NCBI GenBank assembly: GCA_027460535.1 | Contig: JAPZAR010000011.1 | Location: forward strand, 150,001 to 182,000 | Direction of reading: 5' to 3' | DNA: 32,000 nt | From: Candidatus Methanoperedens sp. | Lineage (GTDB): Archaea > Halobacteriota > Methanosarcinia > Methanosarcinales > Methanoperedenaceae | In this document: one piece after another, positions 25,238-32,000 of the stretch | How the letters are laid out: each line of letters begins with the position of its first letter | How positions within the stretch are numbered: position 1 is the stretch's first letter | Made by a program: the position numbers and the translations under genes | The notes under the pieces: generated by a model | What the model saw: the letters and a program-made list of their open reading frames with translations, nothing else | What the model was told of the DNA's origin: nothing | Database searches by the model: none

Positions 25238-27568
25238 ATGACGACTTTAGGCAATGAATTACTTTATGCAAGTCTCGCTGTAAGCGTGATTGCGCTAATT
25301 GGACTTTTATTGAAAGAATTTAAGAACAGGGATATTTTATCAAGAGCAATAACACCTCTGATTCTCCTGGGGACAGGCCTTCTCACTTTGGCCTATCTGC
25401 TTCTCACTTATTATTTCGTTGCGAGCGACTTTACCTATGAATACGTTTGGCAGTACTCAAGCCGCGATCTGCCGCTTATCTATAAAATAAGCGGGGCATG
25501 GGCAGGTCAGCCGGGCACTTACCTATTATGGGCATGGGTGATCTTCCTTTCCGCAGCATGGCTCGCCTACACCACCAGACATGCAAAACCCCTGGCTATA
25601 AGAACGCAGATAATAACCCTGATTATAGGCCTATATCTCATAATTCTCACTCTTGTCCAGACCCCGTTCAAATCCATATACGAGGGCAGACCCGATCTTA
25701 TTGGTTTCGTGCCTCCGGACGGCAGCGGCCTGAACGCCCTGTTAGTAAACTTCTGGATGATAGTCCATCCTCCCCTGATGTTCATAGGCTATGCCGCCAT
25801 GACAATACCCTTTGCCGCCGCCATCGTGTACCTGCTTACAAAAGACGATGGGTGGGAAGAGTTGAGCAGGCAGTGGGCAAGGTTCACCTGGTTATTCCTG
25901 GGCATGGGCATTGCTGTGGGCGGTGTCTGGGCATATCTTGTACTGGGATGGGGCGGTTTCTGGGCCTGGGACCCAGTGGAGACAGCCTCGTTCATACCCT
26001 GGCTCACGCTTACAGGTTTCCTTCATGCGGCAGCTCTGCACAGGAAGAACAAGACGACATTCTCAATAGCAGCCCCAATGCTGGCTGCAGTTTCTTTTAT
26101 TTTAGTACTGTATGCAGCCATCGTTGTCCGAAGCGGGCTTTTTAATTCTGTCCATGCCTTCGGGGACACTTCTACAGGTTCGCTTCTTCTCATATCTATA
26201 CTGATAATCTCAGTCGTATCCATCGTCCTTGGCATGAGGCGCTACCTTGCCGAGTCTGAAAAGGCTGAAGAAGAGTGGGGATTATGGAGCAAGAGGAATA
26301 TCTTCTATGTATCCCTGCTATTATTCGTTATCCTGGCTTTCATTTCCTTCTGGGGCATCACTTACCCGGCATTCATCCAGATCACACAAAATCTGAAGGT
26401 AAATGTCGCCTCCGATACCAAGAACTTCTTCAATTTATGGAGCTACCCATTCACTATAATACTGCTCCTTGGCCTGGGATTCTGCCTGAACTACAAGGAA
26501 TCGCAAAAGGATAAGCAGAAACAAACGCTTTTCATCGTGGCTGCAATCACCGTTATAGCCATGTTCCCACGGACAGAGCACTTCTATGTTCTCGATCATA
26601 CAAGTCCCTTTTTTGTCAGGGAACCAACTCTCTATAAACTGATAGGCTCAATTTCGGTATTGTCTATTTTCCCGCCCATGGTATACGCACTTATATCCAC
26701 ATTCCAGCGCCTGGCAGATTTCCTTCGCCTGGGCAGCCTTCGGCCGAAGATCAAAGGCATAGGTCTGGCTGCAGTTCACTTTGGCGTGGTGTTCATTCTC
26801 TTTGGCGCTATCATCAGTTCCAGTTTCACGCAAACCATAGACAGGATAAACATCCCTCTCGCGGCAAAAGGAGAGCAATTTGATGTCGGGAACGGTTATG
26901 GCATTAAGGTCCTGGATTTATCAACCAGCAGCCTGGTTGAAACCGGTGTTCCCGCCGGCGCTACCAGGATATCGGATATAATCAGCAATCCTGAAAATTA
27001 CGCCAATAATGCAGTGCAGGTCAGCGGTCAAATCACAAGTGTGCAGAATGCACAATCCAAAACTCCACCCATCACCTACACAACGTATTTCGAGCTCAAC
27101 GACGGTACGGGAAATATCTGGGTGGCAACCCAGAGCAATGTACCTGTAGCCATCCCCGAGGGAATTCAGGTGACAGTAACTGGAGCCCTGATGGCTGGTT
27201 TTACGAGTCCTTCAACCAACACCACATATCCCCTGATCATTTTCTCAAGCCCGGATGAAATCAGTGAAACATCAGCTTCCGGTCAGTATAAAGTCCAGAG
27301 CCTCAGGCTTGAAGTCTACCAAAATAACAGGAAGATCGGAAGCGGAGTCGCAGAGTATCTTGAAGGAAAAGGAAGCGGGACTTTCCCGATGGTGGACAGC
27401 AGCATAACAGGAACTGATGTCTATGTGATATTCCAGGGTGTGAGCAGCGGTATTGTGCCATTGAGTCTAAAAATAATACCTGCGGTAAACTTCGCCTGGG
27501 TTGGCATCCTGCTGTTCGCTGCGGGAATAATCCTGATAATGGCAATGAAAACAAAAAAGGGCGAATGA
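25238..27568 (+). CDS. ccmF: Cytochrome c maturation heme lyase CcmF (System I) with an extra OB-fold-like insertion in the extracytoplasmic C-terminal domain
   Basis: 776 aa. Trp-rich WWD motif WGGFWAWDPVETASFIPWL. Many TM helices. Canonical CcmF C-terminus (DVYVIFQGV...LKIIPAVNFAWVGILLFAAG). Confidence 0.8.
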   Translation: MTTLGNELLYASLAVSVIALIGLLLKEFKNRDILSRAITPLILLGTGLLTLAYLLLTYYFVASDFTYEYVWQYSSRDLPLIYKISGAWAGQPGTYLLWAWVIFLSAAWLAYTTRHAKPLAIRTQIITLIIGLYLIILTLVQTPFKSIYEGRPDLIGFVPPDGSGLNALLVNFWMIVHPPLMFIGYAAMTIPFAAAIVYLLTKDDGWEELSRQWARFTWLFLGMGIAVGGVWAYLVLGWGGFWAWDPVETASFIPWLTLTGFLHAAALHRKNKTTFSIAAPMLAAVSFILVLYAAIVVRSGLFNSVHAFGDTSTGSLLLISILIISVVSIVLGMRRYLAESEKAEEEWGLWSKRNIFYVSLLLFVILAFISFWGITYPAFIQITQNLKVNVASDTKNFFNLWSYPFTIILLLGLGFCLNYKESQKDKQKQTLFIVAAITVIAMFPRTEHFYVLDHTSPFFVREPTLYKLIGSISVLSIFPPMVYALISTFQRLADFLRLGSLRPKIKGIGLAAVHFGVVFILFGAIISSSFTQTIDRINIPLAAKGEQFDVGNGYGIKVLDLSTSSLVETGVPAGATRISDIISNPENYANNAVQVSGQITSVQNAQSKTPPITYTTYFELNDGTGNIWVATQSNVPVAIPEGIQVTVTGALMAGFTSPSTNTTYPLIIFSSPDEISETSASGQYKVQSLRLEVYQNNRKIGSGVAEYLEGKGSGTFPMVDSSITGTDVYVIFQGVSSGIVPLSLKIIPAVNFAWVGILLFAAGIILIMAMKTKKGE

Positions 27569-27846
27569 ACATTACTGGATAGTTCTCGATGTCAGGATAT
27601 TGACCCAGCCTTTTGGAGAAAAGAAGGTGGCTTCCGGGAGATGGGAAAGTAATCCATGACATGCTTAGCCACAATCAAGAGCCGTCTGACAGCTGCTAGA
27701 GTGATGTCAGGAAATTCACATTCGATCTTGATAATACTCGCCATACAGGAAGCCATTCTCAATGTGATTGAAGGGCCTCACTTGCCTAGGAGCATCCGAG
27801 GATAAATGCAGAGAACTCCAGGCAAAAACCTGCAAAGTGACTGGCC

Positions 27847-28578
27847 TTATATACCATAAAAAGTGGTCGGGAAATAAGGAGAAAGTGCTCTGATTATCAG
27901 CTTGTCTATGTTGAACAGCAGCATAATGCCAATAACGATGAGCACAAGTCCGGAGAGTTTCTTGAGAATAGGCCCGCGCTTAACGAACCACTGGTATCTG
28001 TTCGTGACTTTCTTGCCATAATAGGCTATGGACAGCATGGGAAGGCTCATGCCGACAGAGTAAACGAACAGCATCCATGCGCCGTATGACATGTTGCCTA
28101 CCGAGGCCACATATGCAAGCACTGCTCCCAGTATGGGCCCAACGCACGGGATCCACAGGATGCCAAGGGACATGCCCAGGAAAAATCCACCTGCCAGGCC
28201 TCCCTGAGGGATGCCTGATGAATACCCGCTCATCGAGCCGAAATTCTGCCTCAATCCCTGGGTTATCGAGCTTGAAATCTTTATGAACTCCATGTTTATG
28301 TCGTCATCAAAAAGCACAGCACCCATACCTATGATAAATAGAATGGCCAGGCTGCGCAAGGAGTCGGTGTATGCTGTGAACGTGGCGCCGAAAGCTGATA
28401 CCAGCACTCCCATTGCAGTGAAGGTCAATGCCAGTCCAGAAACGATAGCAAAGGGGCGCAGCCTGTGCCCTCCTGAGCCAGAGAATATCACAGGCACTAG
28501 CGGAAGGCAGCACGGCTTCAGTATTGTAACCACGCCTGCTATGAAAACCAGAATAATGGAGGGTGCTGTAGGGTTCAT
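27847..28578 (-). CDS. ccdA: CcdA/DsbD-family transmembrane thiol-disulfide electron transporter (paralog 2)
   Basis: 243 aa, collinear with paralog 1 (KPCCLPLVP, WIPCVGPILGA, LFIIGMGAVLFDDDIN). Convergent with ccmF. Confidence 0.8.
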   Translation of the reverse strand: MNPTAPSIILVFIAGVVTILKPCCLPLVPVIFSGSGGHRLRPFAIVSGLALTFTAMGVLVSAFGATFTAYTDSLRSLAILFIIGMGAVLFDDDINMEFIKISSSITQGLRQNFGSMSGYSSGIPQGGLAGGFFLGMSLGILWIPCVGPILGAVLAYVASVGNMSYGAWMLFVYSVGMSLPMLSIAYYGKKVTNRYQWFVKRGPILKKLSGLVLIVIGIMLLFNIDKLIIRALSPYFPTTFYGI

Positions 28579-28616
28579 GAGTGCATCAATCTTTCAAAGC
28601 GTTATAAGTCGGGGGT

Positions 28617-28624
28617 TATATAAA
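28617..28624 (-). promoter_or_regulatory. TATA-box-like element upstream of ccdA paralog 2
   Basis: The minus strand reads TTTATATA about 39-46 nt upstream of the ATG at 28578. Confidence 0.3.
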
Positions 28625-28630
28625 AACCTT

Positions 28631-28651
28631 ACTTTACATACAGTGTAAAGT
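28631..28651 (-). terminator. Hairpin (8-bp stem, 5-nt loop) followed by T5 on the minus strand, downstream of the proline dehydrogenase gene
   Basis: ACTTTACA (28631-28638) pairs with TGTAAAGT (28644-28651). The minus strand then reads AAGGTTTTT. The element lies 20 nt after the stop at 28671. Confidence 0.4.
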
Positions 28652-28670
28652 AATAAAAAGCTTCTCTTTC

Positions 28671-29510
28671 TTAAAAATCGAATACAGACCGCAGGATCAA
28701 CAGTATATTCCTTTTACGTTCCCTCAACCTGCGGGTGGTATAGGGAAACCAGATCTTTCCGTATGGGATGTAATCCACGACTGTTAAACCTTTCTCTACA
28801 AGCTGGTTTTTAAGCTCTTCTCTCACTCCCATCAGCATCTGGAATTCAAGCTTCTTCCTGTGGATTTTATTAGCCTCTATCGCCTCATTTATCAGCAAAT
28901 CGTCATGGGTTGCGATGGCAAAGAAGGGGCTTCTGTAGAAAAGGTTGTCCATGAGCTTTGAGAAATTAACAGTAATTTCTTTGCGGCTCCTATAGGCTAT
29001 CCCGCTTTTCTCGCTATATGCACCCTTGACAAGGCGGATGAATCCCCCAGCTGCTGCAATTCTCTTTACATCATTTTCGCTTCTTTTCAGGTTGGACTGA
29101 ATGGCAATGCCCGTGTTCCCATATTTTCTTAAAATCTCAAGATAGAGGTCAATGGTATCCTCTGTAAAGGGAGAGTTCTCCATGTCGAACCAAATAAAGA
29201 TGTTCTTTGAAGCTGCGCTGGTTGCGATCTTTTCCACATTCGATGAACAGAGCTTTTTTTCGATAACAAGCCCGAGCTGGGTAAGCTTAATTGAAATTGA
29301 AGCGCCAACTTTTGATTTTTCAATATTGTCCAGGAGCCTCAGGATCTCCATAAGATTCTGTTCCGCTTCCAACCGCTCTCGCACATGCTCCCCCAGATAA
29401 TTGATGATGGTACCCATGCCTGAATTGTTTGCTTTTTTCGCGCGTACAATGGCATCATCCAGGGTCTCGCCTGCGATCCAATGGCGCGCAAATCTGATTA
29501 AAAAACTCAT
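28671..29510 (-). CDS. Proline dehydrogenase family protein (monofunctional PutA-like)
   Basis: 279 aa. N-terminus ARHWIAGETLDDAI...GMGTIINYLGEH and later IAIQSNLKRS, LVKGAY, MLMGV match the PRODH barrel pattern. Confidence 0.7.
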   Translation of the reverse strand: MSFLIRFARHWIAGETLDDAIVRAKKANNSGMGTIINYLGEHVRERLEAEQNLMEILRLLDNIEKSKVGASISIKLTQLGLVIEKKLCSSNVEKIATSAASKNIFIWFDMENSPFTEDTIDLYLEILRKYGNTGIAIQSNLKRSENDVKRIAAAGGFIRLVKGAYSEKSGIAYRSRKEITVNFSKLMDNLFYRSPFFAIATHDDLLINEAIEANKIHRKKLEFQMLMGVREELKNQLVEKGLTVVDYIPYGKIWFPYTTRRLRERKRNILLILRSVFDF

Positions 29511-29564
29511 TTTCCCTGATGAAGGAATAGATCTGGAACTACTTAAAGGATTAAGATAAGAATC

Positions 29565-30413
29565 TTAAGCAAGCGGTTTTGGCTGCTTGTGTTCAGGAAG
29601 CACAGGCAATTTCATAGTATTTACCAGAATTGGCGAATCCACCTCTTTTGCCCTCTCGCATAGTAATTCTTTACCTTTCTGCGTTATTGCGAACATGGGC
29701 ACTGACGTACCCACCTGGAGAATGGGTTTCACTATATCACGCACAGTCCTTGAGGCGCATCCGGTTACGATATCAAGTGCCGCAATGAAAGTCCTGGCTT
29801 CCCCGGTCTGTAATCCCGTAAGATGCGCACCTATTAAAGTCAATTCAACTCCATATTCTCTCTCCATTTCACGGAGCTTTCCCGCATCCTCCGGACGCAC
29901 CACACTCACTGCGATATTCTTATATCCAAGTTCACACGCTTTCCTGAAACCCTCCATCTGGTCAATGCTTGCCTTTTCCTTATCAAGCACAATCCCCCCT
30001 CGTGCCTCTATTCCCGCGATTATTTCACGTATGGGTTCTGTCTCTATCAGCCCCGACATCAATGCGCCCATCCCCTGCACAAGCTCCGGATTATCTGTGA
30101 CCACTGTCCCTGCACCGTCGCATACTGTTACCGTGGAGTCTATAATTCCACGCCGCAGGGCAGTCATCATTATCTCGCTTGCCCCGAAATTCACAAAAAC
30201 GCCATAGTCCAACCTCCTCTGCGGGGTGAACATCCCCAGCTCGCGGATCCTGTACTCCATGTTCTTTTTCGCCTCCTCCGGTGTGAGCTTCGAAACACCT
30301 GCGACTTTGCTGAACACCGGGCACCAATCAGCGACAGGTTCACCCACTTCGACAACTTTACCGTTCTTCACCACCACGCGAGTTTTCCCGAAGAGTTCCA
30401 TTATATGGGGCAT
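29565..30413 (-). CDS. Methanogenesis marker protein 8 (DUF2099 family)
   Basis: The ATG at 30413 is preceded by AGGTGA; the TTG at 30443 is rejected. MPHIMELFGKTRVVVKNGKVVEVGEPVADWCPVF resembles the marker-8 N-terminus. The family call is from memory. Confidence 0.55.
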   Translation of the reverse strand: MPHIMELFGKTRVVVKNGKVVEVGEPVADWCPVFSKVAGVSKLTPEEAKKNMEYRIRELGMFTPQRRLDYGVFVNFGASEIMMTALRRGIIDSTVTVCDGAGTVVTDNPELVQGMGALMSGLIETEPIREIIAGIEARGGIVLDKEKASIDQMEGFRKACELGYKNIAVSVVRPEDAGKLREMEREYGVELTLIGAHLTGLQTGEARTFIAALDIVTGCASRTVRDIVKPILQVGTSVPMFAITQKGKELLCERAKEVDSPILVNTMKLPVLPEHKQPKPLA

Positions 30414-30414
30414 T

Positions 30415-30753
30415 TCAATCACCTGCGAACTTATAGAATTCAAGCAGTTCGGTCGCTTTTACTTTTGAGAGGCGCATGCTAACAACCTCAATGAGGGCGT
30501 CCACATGTTCTTTTTTGACGCAGTGAAGGCTTTCCATCCCTTCGAAGATGAGATCAACAAGATAATTTAATTCCTCTTCCGAGAGTTTCAGAAGACGTTC
30601 CCTGAAATCCTCCTTTGCCCTGGAAAAATGCTGCGATACAGGAGGAAGCACCGACCTGAATTCATGCCCCGCGTGTGCACAGGTAGGATCGACAAGCTCA
30701 GGTGCGAGTTTTTTTAAAATGAGCAGATCCGAAGGACCAAGTTTTCGTGCCAT
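30415..30753 (-). CDS. Conserved-looking hypothetical protein (112 aa), helical
   Basis: The ORF ends 1 nt before the marker-8 ATG. ATG at 30753 with an AT-rich TATA-like stretch about 25-35 nt upstream, so possibly leaderless. No motif recognised. Confidence 0.4.
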   Translation of the reverse strand: MARKLGPSDLLILKKLAPELVDPTCAHAGHEFRSVLPPVSQHFSRAKEDFRERLLKLSEEELNYLVDLIFEGMESLHCVKKEHVDALIEVVSMRLSKVKATELLEFYKFAGD

Positions 30754-30867
30754 CACCTGGATATTTGGCCGGGCTTCTAATAATATTTCCCCTCTTCAAA
30801 AAATCATCTTAACTAAATCTATATATATTTACAAGTATAACTGTTATCAAATATCAGAGGTGGATCA

Positions 30868-31188
30868 ATGGATGCAAAAGATGTCGGGCTTGCTGGCGTT
30901 ATGGTATTGTCTTCGATAGTGTTAACGTATAAATGGCTCACTCGGCTCGGCCATGATTATGACCCGGTCATTCTTATGGCAGCCATGCTCCTGATCGGTT
31001 CTCTGGCAATGATGATTCTATTGCTCAATACAAGAGTGCGGGTCTTGGAAGAATCTTTAAATGCGAAAGAGCGCTCCATAAGGATAAACATCAAAGGCGT
31101 TGAGGAGAACCTGGGACGAAAGATAGAGGACGTGTCCAACAAAACCAGCAATACTATAGGGGAATTCTCTAAGAGGATTTATCGCTGA
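30868..31188 (+). CDS. Small membrane protein (2 TM) with a C-terminal coiled-coil-like segment
   Basis: 106 aa. GAGGTGGA SD. Hydrophobic segments GLAGVMVLSSIVL and ILMAAMLLIGSLAMMILLL, then a charged helical tail. Confidence 0.45.
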   Translation: MDAKDVGLAGVMVLSSIVLTYKWLTRLGHDYDPVILMAAMLLIGSLAMMILLLNTRVRVLEESLNAKERSIRINIKGVEENLGRKIEDVSNKTSNTIGEFSKRIYR

Positions 31189-31471
31189 AAGCCTCTTCAA
31201 CCATATCCATTATCCTTCCCATCACGTCTCTTGCCTCGTCAGTGCTCCTGATTCGCCTGATATCCACGCGGCCACTCTTGTATATCATCACGCTCTTTCC
31301 TTCCATTTCAAAGCGCGCAACCCCAAGTTTCACTGAGCATTTCAAATCCTTTGCTTCTATGTTGCGCAAGAATTCGCATAATCTCTCCATGGCAACTTTT
31401 CTCCCGAGATTACATTCTGCTATATACCTGGTGGGGTCTTCAACGCAGGGACGGGATAAGCGGACATCCAT
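31169..31471 (-). CDS. Hypothetical protein (100 aa)
   Basis: ATG-initiated ORF of 100 aa. No motif recognised with confidence. Confidence 0.35.
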   Translation of the reverse strand: MDVRLSRPCVEDPTRYIAECNLGRKVAMERLCEFLRNIEAKDLKCSVKLGVARFEMEGKSVMIYKSGRVDIRRIRSTDEARDVMGRIMDMVEEAFSDKSS

Positions 31472-31507
31472 TAAGGCATGTAATAGTAGAAAGGCATATA
31501 TAATGAC

Positions 31508-32000
31508 TCAAGGCTCACCAAATTCTCTTTCGATCTTATCCAGCAGCAGATTCAGGATTCTCCGCATCTCATTCACCATGCTGATCTGAGATAGGATCTC
31601 CCCGGGCTTCTGTATATATTTCCCCTCCACTATCTCATCCCCGCAATTCTTGAACATGAGGTCGATGCTCCTTTCAGAATATTCAAGATGGAACTGCAAT
31701 CCAATAACCCTCCCGGATTCAAATGCCTGGTTCGCGCAGCCCTCACTTTCAGCTATTCTTAATGCGCGGGGAGGTATTTCGAAGGAATCACCATGCCAGT
31801 GGAATGCAGTGAATTTTTCCGGGAATGATCTGAAAATAGTGGAGTCTCCGGCCTCCTTTGTCAATGTCACCGGGAACCAGCCGATCTCCTTATACCTGTT
31901 CCTTCGCACCCTGCCGCCCAGGACATCTGCAATGAGCTGAGATCCAAGACATACTCCGAGAATTACCTTATTTTTGCATATCGCTTCTTCAATGAATTTC
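31508..32000 (-). CDS. Class I glutamine amidotransferase-like protein (partial, 5' end beyond the window)
   Basis: The reading frame stays open upstream of the ORF-track GTG at 31909 to the window edge: ...KFIEEAICKNKVILGVCLGSQLIADVLGG. It contains the GxCxGxQ nucleophile elbow, and downstream HWHGD and LQFHLE match GATase1. Confidence 0.7.
   Translation of the reverse strand, partial: KFIEEAICKNKVILGVCLGSQLIADVLGGRVRRNRYKEIGWFPVTLTKEAGDSTIFRSFPEKFTAFHWHGDSFEIPPRALRIAESEGCANQAFESGRVIGLQFHLEYSERSIDLMFKNCGDEIVEGKYIQKPGEILSQISMVNEMRRILNLLLDKIEREFGEP

Noticed and set aside
26960-27210. Reading the CcmF insertion as a straightforward CcmE fusion
   Set aside because: No His/Cys-x3-Tyr heme-binding tail follows the putative barrel. 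It is kept only as an OB-like insertion of unknown role (see findings).
1-32000. Idea that the window is part of a Borg-like extrachromosomal element or other mobile element, prompted by the in-gene tandem repeats
   Set aside because: Genes are split between both strands, most are single-copy housekeeping functions (RPA, NadE, TiaS, aIF5A, histone, GDH), and no integrase, transposase or terminal repeats are seen. Chromosomal origin is more parsimonious, though this cannot be proven from one window.

Overview
This is a densely coding 32-kb window with about 40 protein genes on both strands. I recognised no rRNA, tRNA, CRISPR array, transposase or integrase. It reads as chromosomal DNA of a methanogen-related euryarchaeon. 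The gene set (archaeal histone, TiaS, PdaD, aIF5A, methanogenesis marker 8, FprA-type flavodiiron protein, form III RuBisCO and cytochrome c maturation genes) suggests a Methanosarcinales/ANME-2-like organism such as Methanoperedens; that is inference only. Core content: two adjacent radical SAM enzymes; PdaD; DUF1848; a HicAB toxin-antitoxin pair; an RPA/Rpap operon; NadE; TiaS; an HTH regulator; RuBisCO III; FprA plus a rubredoxin missing from the ORF track; a stand-alone NifB; aIF5A directly abutting agmatinase; glutamate dehydrogenase; a histone; proline dehydrogenase; marker 8; and a partial glutamine amidotransferase. Four things stand out. (i) At 20.8-28.6 kb there is an extracytoplasmic thiol-redox / cytochrome c maturation island: two membrane-anchored thioredoxin-like proteins, two inverted CcdA paralogs, a PCYCGC-motif protein with an unknown C-terminal domain, a NapH/CcoG-like polyferredoxin membrane protein, and a long CcmF carrying an OB-fold-like insertion. 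No CcmABCDE/H is in the window. (ii) At 12.5-14.4 kb a membrane-anchored protein consists of about 19 tandem 63-bp (21-aa) Lys/Pro-rich repeats, next to an AT-rich islet of small membrane proteins. (iii) A cupin gene is frameshifted. (iv) Several well-signalled small ORFs fall below the ORF-track cutoff. All functional calls come from motif and architecture recognition by eye; no alignments or database searches were run.
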